From positions 6,820,001-6,884,000 of the forward strand of contig OZ024765.1 in NCBI GenBank assembly GCA_964016885.1: a stretch of 64,000 nt of DNA. Direction: 5' to 3'. Source of the stretch: Eledone cirrhosa (Eukaryota). Numbering within the stretch: the first letter of the stretch is position 1; every line of letters starts with the position of its first letter. The translations under genes were made by a program, and so were the position numbers. The notes beneath the pieces were generated by a model that was not told the DNA's origin, did no database searches, and saw only the letters and a list, made by a program, of their open reading frames with translations. This document shows positions 1 through 16,230 of this stretch, in pieces.

Positions 1-46
1 TTAACACTTCAGGCATCTGGTCCCTACAGTTATAGGAATCATATTT

Positions 47-705
47 CACACACACACACACACATGTATATACACACACACACAGACATGACACATACAC
101 ACAGGCACACACACACAAACAGATAGACAAACACAGACACACACACGGGGACATACACACACACATACATACACAGAGAGAGAGACACACACATTCACAC
201 ACAAACAAACTGACACATACACACACCAAACACAGACATATATATATACACACTCACATACACAGACACACACACACACACACACACATACAAACTGACA
301 CATACAGACACGCACAAACACACACACACCCCAAACACAGACATATATATATATATATACACACTCACACTCACACATACACAGAGAGAGAGACACACAC
401 GCACACACATACAGACACACACACACCCCAAACACAGACATATATATATATACACACTCACACTCACACATACACACAGAGAGAGACATGCACACACATA
501 CAGACACACACACACCCCAAACACAGACATATATATATACACACTCACTCACACATACACAGAGAGAGACATGCACACACATACAGACACACACACACCC
601 CAAACACAGACATATATATATACACACTCACACTCACAGAGAGAGAGAGAGACACACACACACGCACACACACACATACAGACACACACAAATACACACA
701 CACAC
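47..705. repeat. Compound (CA)/(TA)/(GA) microsatellite with higher-order repeats
   Basis: Directly visible. Confidence 0.95.
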
Positions 706-1664
706 TAGTCACTAATCACTTTACAGATGAAAAGGGTGCATTTTATCATGCCACCAGCACTAGAGAGGCTTTATGTAAGGACATATTAGTTGTTATTCAG
801 ACTGACTTCTCTCTCAAACAAGTTGCTCTTCCTACAGCTTCTAGACCCCATGTCTACTCTGTGCAGACTTATTTATTCAGAAAGACTGTCCTCCCGGATT
901 CTGTCTACCTTATACAATGTTATTTATTTGGAGATACTGCTTCCCTAGATGGGTTGCCTTCCTTCTGTTTTATAGAACCCACACCTGTCCCAAAGATACA
1001 CATATATTCATGTACACACTAAATTATAGAGATATTGTTTATACACCCATCTATGCAGAGACACCCTAATTATACAATTAGTTTGTTTTTTTGTAGCCAC
1101 TAGTAGAGTAATATGTAATTTGTACTATTGTTATATTTGTACTATGGTTATATTTAGTTTGAGAGATGACCCCTTAGCCTTTGTCAAGGCAGAATTCTAG
1201 GAGAAAGAAAACTCTGATATAACACCTGCAACCCTGATGGTATCCAATGATGTTGACTTGTTCTTCTTTTTGGTAAATATCATCTTGGTTAAGAGAGTAG
1301 GACTGGCTTTGTGCAGTGCCTTTTCTCACTATAAAAGCTTCACGGCACAGGCATTGCTTTATATCTGGAGATCTCTCTGCACTTGTCGTCACATGGTACC
1401 ATGGTCCCAGCACTATGTGTCAATAATTGTCACAAGTGTAGTGTTTGTACCAGAGTTTTCAAGTCGCTGGCTGGACTAAAAAGTCACACTCATTCAGCGC
1501 ATCGGTAGGGGTTCTCCTACATGGATATAAAGTAGTGGCCGTACTCGAAAACGAGTTGGCAGCCACCATGTATGTATGTATATATGTATATATATGTAAA
1601 TATATATATATGCATGTATATATATATATTTTATTTCTTTTTATTTATTTATTATTATCATTAA

Positions 1665-1720
<56 letters not shown>

Positions 1721-2889
1721 TTTTTTGTGCAATGGCCATACTCGATAACTAACGAGGGGGCAGCCATCATATATGTATGTATGTCGGGACACTCTTGAGT
1801 GCTACTGGTAACATGTAACCCAGTACAACCTGTCGCATGGTTGGGTCGTGGGCGACTAAACCGGCAACCCCACCAAGTTTACTTGGTGGGGAGGGTGATT
1901 TCGGACACCCTGCAGGACAAAAAACAAAACCTGACAAAATGCAGAAGAACTCATAAGAGTCAACGGCTATCCAAAAGTGTGTAAATATGTATATACACAT
2001 GTACATATGTGTGTATATGTGTATATACACATGTACATATGTGTGTATATGTATGTGTATATGCATGGGTACGTGTGTATGTATATGTGCGGGGACATAG
2101 AAATAGCTGGGCTGGATACTCGATCATGCCGTTAAACCACTGGGAGTGAAGGACCCCTAGTCTTTGTCAGAGCATTTTTCTAGAAGAAGGCAACTCAGGA
2201 AACTGGGAAAACTCTGATATAAAACCTGCGGCTCAGTAGTTACCGATAATGTTGATCTTTTCTTTTCGGGTTATAGCTACTGTCGCTCAGAGAGTGGGAT
2301 TGGCTCAGTGCACAGTCTTTCCTCACTTTAAAAAATATCTTCACGCACAGGCATTGCATGATAGAATTAATTGATAATTATTAATAATGGTATATCGTGC
2401 AATGGTCATACTCGATAATGAGGGGGGCAGCCATCATGATGTATGTATGTATGTTGTTGTTGTTGTCATTATTATTGTTGTTGTTATTATTATTGTTATT
2501 AATATATGTGTATGTATATGTATGTGTATGTATATATATATGTATGTATGTATGTGTGTATATATATATATATTTTTTTTTTCTTTATTTTTTTTTTATT
2601 TTCCTTTTTTTTTTCTCGATAACAAGGGGGCGGCCATCATATATGTATGTATGTATATATGTATGTATGTATGTATATATTGAGGGTAAAAATATTTTAA
2701 TATTCAAGGATTTTATTACAGTAATAAATCCTTCTCATCATATGGTGTATTTACAAATATGTCACTCAAAACACATTAGTTATCCTCTTTAACTACTTAT
2801 TCTGGATACATCTATCCCTCTATCTACGTCTGCCTGTCTCTGTCTATCTATCTATCCATCTGTTTATCTATCTATCTATCTGTCTGTCT

Positions 2890-3630
2890 GTCACTGACCT
2901 GTGGGGCTATGTAGAACGACTATTGTCGCGGGTGGGACCAATCCAGTTGACCACCGAGTCCATTGTCATGATCAAACCGCCACCCTCCTTCAAAAACGAA
3001 GGAGAGGCGGTTTTCCTTTGTGTGATAGCTATGGCGAAAGAGGTTGTATGGTGGACAAGGTTGAAAGGGCTGAGGTCAGCCACCTTTCTCTCCGGCCAAC
3101 AACTGATTCTTTTTTTCAAATACCACTTTGGAAGAAGAATCAGGATGGAGAGAGAGGTGCTGTACCCCAGCAAGTTTTATGAAAGGTGGGTGAAAGTGGC
3201 CCGAGTGAATGGGCCTTCTCTCTATATCAGCCTGTAGGTTGAGGAAAAGGAGGAGGAGAGGAAAGGAGTACAAGCTCTTCGTACTCCTGGAGATGAGGGT
3301 TGCACATTTTTTTCGGGGGTCTGTGTTACCCATATAAACTGTCTCCCTCTATTGGGGAAAATCGACTAACTTTTAAATTCCATCTGTGATAACATTTTAC
3401 ACGTTTTTATTGTATGTAAACTTCCCCCTTTGTATTTGTCCCCTTCTTTTGTGCCCCTGTGGCTAATAAAGAAATATATCTATCTGTCTGTCTGTCTATT
3501 TGTCTATCTATCAATCTATCTATCTTTAAATTGCATTTGTGATAGTATTTTACACGTTTTTATTGTATGTAAACTTCCCCCTTTGTATTTGTCCCCTTCT
3601 TTTGTGCCCCCGTGGCTAATAAAGAAATAT
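2890..3630 (+). mobile_element. 3' end of an L1/Tx1-like non-LTR retrotransposon
   Basis: LWGYVERLLSRVG...AMAKEVVWWTR...FYERW resembles a Tx1/L1 ORF2 C-terminus. The 3'UTR ends CTAATAAAGAAA (present twice) and the element sits in (TATC)n. Confidence 0.6.
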
Positions 3631-4068
3631 ATCTATCTATCTATCCATCTCTATCTAACTCTCTCTATCTATCTATCTCACTCTCTCTCTCTCTCTCTAT
3701 CTCTCTATCTATCTATCTATCTCACTCTCTCTCTCTGTCTATCATCTATCTATCTATCTATCCTATGTATGTATTTTTATGAGATTTTTGTAGAAGCAAT
3801 TCTAAAAAATTAACAATTTGTTTTAAATGTATACACACACACATGTATACACACGTCCACACATACAGCATTTTTTCCTTTAAGATAGACGCACTCCATC
3901 ATCCACTTTTCTAAAAAAGTATGTCATACAAAAAATGCCAGCATCAACAGTTTTCCAAGAGATGACAACAGAAATGGAGGACATGTTATTTTTCTCTAAA
4001 AAAAAGTTTCTGTTTCCGTCAAGCCTGTCTCCTCAATCTTTCTATTTTTTCTTTAATTTCTCATTCTT

Positions 4069-4104
4069 TCTTCTGATGAAGGACTAGTGTCTGAAAGGTT
4101 AAGA
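4069..4104 (+). ncRNA. Minimal (Penelope-type) hammerhead motif, degenerate
   Basis: TCTT-CTGATGA-A-GGAC-TAGT-GTCT-GAAA-GGTT-AAGA. Confidence 0.4.
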
Positions 4105-4199
4105 CTCTCTTCCTGCTTTTTCAAGCGTTAAACTGATACATTCCTTTCATGTGCTGTGCTGTTTGTTTTCTAATTTTTGCTATTTCTGTTTACCTTTTC

Positions 4200-4544
4200 A
4201 TCATCATCATTTCATCATTTCATTTTACATCCACTTTTCCCTGCTTGCAAGGGTGGGACGGGAACTGATTCTGGCTTGATTTCTACAGCTGGATGCCCTT
4301 CCTAACACCAACCTCATTTACAGTGAGTGTTGGCTGCTTTTTTGCCGTGGCACCTCCACGACCACTTTGCAGTGGAATGATAGGGACCCCAGTCCCTATC
4401 ATCTCATTTCTACAGCTGAGTAAACTGGAGCAATGTGAAATAAAGTGTCTTGCTCAAGGAAACAACACATCACCCGGTCTGAGAATTGAACTCACAACCT
4501 TTCGATTGCAAGGCCAATGCTCTAACCACTAAGCCATGTGCCTC

Positions 4545-4545
<1 letters not shown>
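4200..4545 (-). mobile_element. SINE family A (tRNA head, CORE-like segment, RTE-type tail)
   Basis: A box TGGCTTAGTGG, B box GAGTTCAATTC, CCTTGAGCAAGACACTT core-like segment, (ATG)n tail; 7 near-identical copies in the window. Confidence 0.9.
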
Positions 4546-4575
<30 letters not shown>

Positions 4576-4804
4576 GACGACATTAGACTGACTTTCATCA
4601 AATCGAACCGAGGAAACAATGTTTCCATTGGACTTTCCAATTGCTAATACTATCTATTGGTTGCAACTCCAGGTAGAAGGAGCAATGTGAAATAAAGTGT
4701 CTTGCTCAAGGACATAAAACATGGCCCGGTCTGGGAATCGAACTCACAACCTCACGATTGCGAATCTAATTCTCTAACCACTCAGCCACTTGCCTTCACA
4801 ATAC

Positions 4805-4856
<52 letters not shown>

Positions 4857-4861
4857 GTAGT

Positions 4862-5017
4862 CAGGGCCGTCTTAACAGCATTATAGGCCCCCGGGCAAAG
4901 AGCTCTGGGGCCCCTACCTACACAACCACTCACAGGAATAAAAATACAAATGGGCCCCCTATCCTCGTGGGGACCCCGAGCAACTGACCAGCGTGCCCAT
5001 GCGTTAAGACAGCCCTG
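4862..5017. mobile_element. hAT-type MITE
   Basis: TIRs CAGGGCCGTCTTAAC / GTTAAGACAGCCCTG; 8-bp TSD TGTGTAGT / TATGTAGT (7 of 8 match). Confidence 0.8.
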
Positions 5018-5149
5018 TATGTAGTATATATATACTTACATATACACACCTATATACTTACACACACACACACATATATATATAGAGAGAGAGATAGATA
5101 TCTTAGCCATGTTTTTAATGAGATTTGTGTTGAAACAATTGTAAAGAAA

Positions 5150-5628
5150 ACTTTTTTTTAAGTCTGTTTTTTTTAAGTCTTTTTTTTTTAAAGTCTGTTT
5201 TTTTTTTAAGTCTTTTTTTTTTAAAGTCTGTTTTTTTTAAAGTCTGTTTTTTTAAAGTCTGTTTTTTTTAAAGTCTGTTTTTTTAAAGTCTGTTTTTTTA
5301 AAGTCTGTTTTTTTTAAAGTCTGTTTTTTTTAAAGTCTGTTTTTTTAAAGTCTGTTTTTTTTAAAGTCTGTTTTTTTAAAGTCTGTTTTTTTTAAAGTCT
5401 GTTTTTTTAAAGTCTGTTTTTTTTAAAGTCTGTTTTTTTAAAGTCTGTTTTTTTAAAGTCTGTTTTTTTAAAGTCTGTTTTTTTTAAAGTCTGTTTTTTT
5501 AAGTCTGTTTTTTTTAAGTCTGTTTTTTTTAAAGTCTGTTTTTTTTAAGTCTGTTTTTTTTAAAGTCTGTTTTTTTTAAGTCTGTTTTTTTTAAAGTCTG
5601 TTTTTTTTAAGTGTTTTTTTAAAGTCTG
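5150..5628. repeat. Minisatellite, ~15-16 bp unit T(7-9)AAAGTCTG
   Basis: About 30 tandem units visible. Confidence 0.95.
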
Positions 5629-5996
5629 GTACTTATTTTATTGATCTCTGTTTGTTGAACTGCTAAGTTGCATTGCTTCAAGTCTTCATTGCAATTGACA
5701 GAAAAGAGATACAAACTTTTAGGAATTTCAACATTAGAAAAGACTATCGTTTGACCAAGAGAATAAATGAACTGACATGAACTACCATCTGTTGTTGATG
5801 TTGTGGTGTTCATCTATAGCTAGACTGAGAAAAAGACATAGTTAATATAACAAAATAACAAAGATAAAGACCAGCTCATATCATCTTTACCATGTCTTAT
5901 CTTTTAATTTGAAGTAAACAAATAATGGTAGAAATATTTATGTCTGCTTAACACCTGGTGTAGTTCTCATGACGTATTGTCACAGTCATTGACTCA

Positions 5997-7625
5997 TTTT
6001 ACTGGTTTCAGTCATTAGACTGTGGCCATGCTGGGGCAGCACACTCTAATACTCTTTTACTCGTTTCAGTCATTAGACTGTGGCCATGCTGGGGCACCAC
6101 ACTCTTGTACTCTTTTACTCATTTCAGACATTAGACTGTGGCCATGCTGGGGCACCACACTCTTGTACTCTTTTACTGGTTTCAGTCATTAGACTGTGGC
6201 CATGCTGGGGCACCACACTCTTGTACTCTTTTACTGGTTTCAGTCATTAGACTGTGGCCATGCTGGGGCACCACACTCTAATATTCTTTTACTCATTTCA
6301 GTCATTAGACTGTGGCCATGCTGGGGCACCACACTCTTGTACTCTTTTACTGGTTTCAGTCATTAGACTGTGGCCATGCTGGGGCACCACACTCTTGTAC
6401 TCTTTTACTGGTTTCAGTCATTAGACTCTGGCCATGCTGGGGCACCACACTCTAATATTCTTTTACTCATTTCAGACATTAGACTGTGGCCATGCTGGGG
6501 CACCACACTCTTGTACTCTTTTACTGGTTTCAGTCATTAGACTGTGGCCATGCTGAGGCACCACACTCTTGTACTCTTTTACTGGTTTCAGTCATTAGAC
6601 TCTGGCCATGCTGGGGCACCACACTCTAATATTCTTTTACTGGTTTCAGACATTAGACTGTGGCCATGCTGGGGCACCACACTCTTGTACTCTTTTACTG
6701 GTTTCAGTCATTAGACTGTGGCCATGCTGGGGCACCACACTCTTGTACTCGTTTCAGTCATTAGACTGTGGCCATGCTGGGGCACCACACTCTTGTACTC
6801 TTTTACTCGTTTCAGTCATTAGACTGTGGCCATGCTGGGGCACCATACTCTAATACTCTTTTACTGGTTTCAGTCATTAGACTGTGGCCATGCTGGGGCA
6901 CCACACTCTTGTACTCTTTTACTCGTTTCACTCATTAGACTGTGGCCATGCTGGGGCACCACACTCTTGTACTCTTTTACTGGTTTCAGTCATTAGACTG
7001 TGGCCATGCTGGGGCACCACACTCTTGTACTCTTTTACTCGTTTCAGTCATTAGACTGTGGCCATGCTGGGGCACCATACTCTAATACTCTTTTACTGGT
7101 TTCAGTCATTAGACTGTGGCCATGCTGGGGCACCACACTCTTGTACTCTTTTACTCGTTTCACTCATTAGACTGTGGCCATGCTGGGGCACCACACTCTT
7201 GTACTCTTTTACTGGTTTCAGTCATTAGACTGTGGCCATGCTGGGGCACCACACTCTTGTACTCTTTTACTGGTTTCAGTCATTAGACTGTGGCCATGCT
7301 GGGGCACCACACTCTAATATTCTTTTACTCATTTCAGTCATTAGACTGTGGCCATGCTGGGGCACCACACTCTTGTACTCTTTTACTCGTTTCAGTCATT
7401 AGACTGTGGCCATGCTGGGGCACCACACTCTAATACTCTTTTACTGGTTTCAGTCATTAGACTGTGGCCATGCTGGGGCACCACACTCTTGTACTCTTTT
7501 ACTCGTTTCACTCATTAGACTGTGGCCATGCTGGGGCACCACACTCTTGTACTCTTTTACTGGTTTCAGTCATTAGACTGTGGCCATGCTGGGGCACCAC
7601 ACTCTAATACTGGTTTCAGTCATTA
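5997..7625. repeat. 58-bp minisatellite (~28 units)
   Basis: Unit TCTTTTACTGGTTTCAGTCATTAGACTGTGGCCATGCTGGGGCACCACACTCTTGTAC. Confidence 0.97.
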
Positions 7626-7898
7626 AACTCTTGGAGGCCCTGTGTGTGTGTATATATGCGTGTGTGTGTATGTATATATATATATATATATGTGTGTGTG
7701 TATTTCTTTCAGCCCTTTATGTACTGAGTTCAAATCCCTCTGGGATAAACTCTGCCTTTTGTCCTTCCGGGATTGATACAATAAACTACCAGTCAACTAC
7801 TAGGGTAGATTTAATCAACCTACCCCACCCCTCCACCTCACTTAAAAAAACCAATGGCCGTGTGTCGAAATTAGGAACCATTATTATATCTATCATAA

Positions 7899-8090
7899 GG
7901 GCGGTGGATTGGCAGTATCGGTGGAGGGTCGGACGCCATGCTTTCCAGCATAGTTACGTCCCTTTACGATCTGAGTTCAAATCCCGCCGAGGTTGACTTT
8001 GCCTTTCATCCTTACGGGGGTCGATCAAATAAAGTACCAGTAATGTACTGGGTAATTGCTGGCCTTGTGCCTAAAATAGAAACAATTATT
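7899..8090 (+). mobile_element. SINE family B (~190 bp)
   Basis: GGCGGTGGATTGGCAGTATCGG...GAGTTCAAATCCCGCCGAGG...GCCTTTCATCCTTACGGGGTCGATAAA...AGAAACAATTATT. Other copies near 16560-16770, 25770-26053(-), 29216-29400, 29780-29965(-), 33630-33745(-), 37777-37955(-), 38050-38212, 51306-51485, 56935-57120 and 58070-58252. Confidence 0.85.
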
Positions 8091-8287
8091 GGAGCTACAG
8101 GTTATATACCAACCCGCTTGCACCAAAGTTTAACTGAACTTGGATTTGTGGACAAAGAGCGCAGCTGGCCTTGTGCCTAAAATAGAAACAATTATTATAT
8201 CTATCATAAAATGTGACACTTTAGCTGTCATAATTACATCACAAGTTGTTTACAACTTAACATCTCTCCCTAGCTACCCCCTCCACA

Positions 8288-8326
<39 letters not shown>

Positions 8327-8397
8327 CTTTATGTATGTATATATATACATATATCTGTATGGATGTATATATATATGTGTGTATATATATCTTTATG

Positions 8398-8434
<37 letters not shown>

Positions 8435-8443
8435 CTTTATAAT

Positions 8444-8779
8444 GGAGGCATATGGCTTAGTGGTTAAAGCATTGGCCTTGCAATCGAATGGTTGTGAGTT
8501 CAATTCTCAGACCGGGTGATGTGTTGTTTCCTTGAGCAAGACACTTTATTTCACATTGCTCCAGTTTACTCAGCTGTAGAAATGAGATGATAGGGACTGA
8601 GGTCCCTATCATTCCACTGCAAAGTGGTCGTGGAGGTGCCACGGTAAAAAAGCACCCAGCACTCACTGTAAATGAGGTTGGTGTTAGGAAGGGCATCCAG
8701 CTGTAGAAACCAAGCCAGAATCAGTTCCCGTCCCACCCTTGCAAGCAGGGAGAAGCGGACGTAAAATGGAATGATGATG
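8444..8779 (+). mobile_element. SINE family A
   Basis: Near-identical copy. Confidence 0.9.
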
Positions 8780-9044
8780 TGTGTATGTATTTATATATAT
8801 AATCAAAGAGTGTATTTCAACTCTGTCTTATACTTATTTTATATCGAGCTATATTCATACTTGTAACAGGGTAATATTTAATATTACTCACCATATATAT
8901 ATTTATACATAGCTATACTTGTGTATATATATATATTATATATATACACACCCACACACATATATATATAGATACATACATATGTATATATATATACACA
9001 TACATACATATGTATATATATATACACACATACATATATATGTG

Positions 9045-9075
<31 letters not shown>

Positions 9076-9088
9076 ATATATATATGTG

Positions 9089-9119
<31 letters not shown>

Positions 9120-9700
9120 ATATAGATACATATATATGTATATACATACATGTATATATATATATACACACACACACACAGTGTATATAAATGCACATGA
9201 CAATGATGATGATACCAGTCCACACATACATATGTATGTACAAACTCACATACATCATCATCACCGTTTAACATCCATTCTTCCACGCTAGCATGGGTTA
9301 GACAAGTTGTCCTGTTGTGAGACAAGTCAGATCAGCTAACCATATCTTGCTCATACAAAACTGATTTTGGCTTGATGCCCTCCGTAACACCAACCACATA
9401 TTGAGTACTGGGCGCTTTTTGTTGAAACATGTGTGTGTGTGCCTCCAACAAGACTACAGAGGTTGTCATATATTTGACACACCTGAAGGGTCCCTTTATT
9501 TGGCAAGCTTTCTACACCTGGATGCCCTTCCTATAAAATAACAACAACAACCATAATGTAAGGAATGTTTTTTTTTAATAATTTTATTTTTAAATGATTT
9601 TTATTTATAAGAGTGTTGTTACTATATTTTGAAACGGTGAACACAAATAATGATTTATCAATAAACAGGAAAAAAAAGATTAACAGAAATGAAAAAAAAA

Positions 9701-10217
9701 TTAACCCTTTAGCATTTAACCGGCCATAACTAGCTAGAATTCATTCACCTATTTCTGTTCAAACTGGACATAACCAGCTAGAATTCATTCACCTATTTCT
9801 GTTAAAACCGGCCATAACCAGCTAGAATTCTCTTACCTTTCTGTTCAAACTGGACATAACCAGCTAGAATTCTCTCACCTATTTCTGTTCAAACCGGACA
9901 TAACCAGCTAGAATTCTCTTACCTTTCTGTTCAAACTGAACATAACCAGCTAGAATTCTCTCACCTATTTCTGTTCAAATCAGCTATAACCAGCTAGAAT
10001 TCTCTGATCTATTTCTGTTCAAACTGGCCATATCCAGCTAGAATTCTCACACTTATTTCTGTTCAAACCAGCCATATCCAGTTGCTCATATTTATGTTAA
10101 GGTATTGTTCTCAAAATAAATAATATCAAAATCTCAGATTCGATATTATGTAAGATAAAGCCTTTACCGTGAAAATACAATAGTAAATATAGAGTAATAT
10201 AAATGCTAAAGGGTTAA
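9701..10217. mobile_element. piggyBac-type MITE with internal 44-bp array (~8 units)
   Basis: TTAA-CCCTTTAGCATTT ... AAATGCTAAAGGG-TTAA. Other copies at 19437-19642, 48457-48681, 54525-54728, 54902-55280, 62409-62625 and 62968-63196; partial copies near 12000-12191 and 15662-15775. Confidence 0.85.
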
Positions 10218-10254
10218 TGAAACAACAATAAATAAAAGCCCAAGACAAATATCG

Positions 10255-15340
<5,086 letters not shown>

Positions 15341-15809
15341 CACTGCAAGGGATTTTGATATAAACAATAAATTTCACAGCACTGCTTCTTCCAAAATTTG
15401 CCTCTCTGGTTATATATATATATAATCAGTAGATGAACAGGTGTATGTGTGTGTGTCGCCGGGAGTCACACTTCCTCCTCTGTATATTTTGTGAGTTGAC
15501 TGTTGTTGTCGTTTGCGTCTGGTTCCCTCTGTGGGTCTCTTGTTGCTCTATCACACCTCTTCCTGGAAGGACTAGAAATAGTTTAGAGAGGAGAAAAGAT
15601 AGAAACAAGGTATATTTTTTAATTTAGTGAAATTAAAATTTACAAGAGAGTAAAAAATAATTTAACCCTTTAGCATTTAAACCGGCCATATCCAGCAAGA
15701 ATTCTTTCACCTCTTTATGTTCAAATTGACCACTCATACTGATGTTAAGGTATTGTTCTCAAAATATCATAGAATCGATATTATATTAGAAATGATTATT
15801 AAATTTAAT

Positions 15810-16230
15810 CTAGGAGTTGGGCTACTGACTGCAAGATTCTTATCTTCACTGGCGGCTCACCTAACTGAGGTAACTGGCGATGCTCATGAGAGCACTTGGT
15901 TGTTTCAGTGCATCAGCTTCGCCATCACCCGAGGCAACGCTGCGAGCATGCTGGCTTGCCTCAAAAATTATTAGAGAGGTCCCCCAGTGCTCCTTGCGAT
16001 ACTGTTATCTTTTGGTCTGATAGCGGCTCGGTTGTCGACCCCTTTCGCCTGCCTTTTGTTGTATGTGGTCCTAGATGTGTGTTTTACCTGCTTATGTGTT
16101 TTTTTCTTTCCTCTTACTTTTTTGGTTTTTCCTTTCTCTTTCCTTTCTATTATATTTGTTTGTGTTTTCGTTTTGTAAGCATGATATTATTACATTTCTT
16201 TTTATGCAACTGTGAATAAATAAAATAATA
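15810..16230 (+). mobile_element. 3' end of a CRE-like (RLE endonuclease) non-LTR retrotransposon
   Basis: G.LTARFLSSLAAHLTEVTGDAHESTWLFQCISFAITRGNAASML matches the QR.S.A..RGNAA C-terminal signature; followed by a 3'UTR and AATAAATAAAATAATAA. Confidence 0.7.

Noticed and set aside
4293-4532. Recurrent 79-aa MPFLTPTSF... ORF
   Set aside because: Antisense reading of SINE A, present in each copy
8444-8516. tRNA gene
   Set aside because: A and B boxes are present, but there is no proper acceptor stem and it continues into the SINE body in all copies
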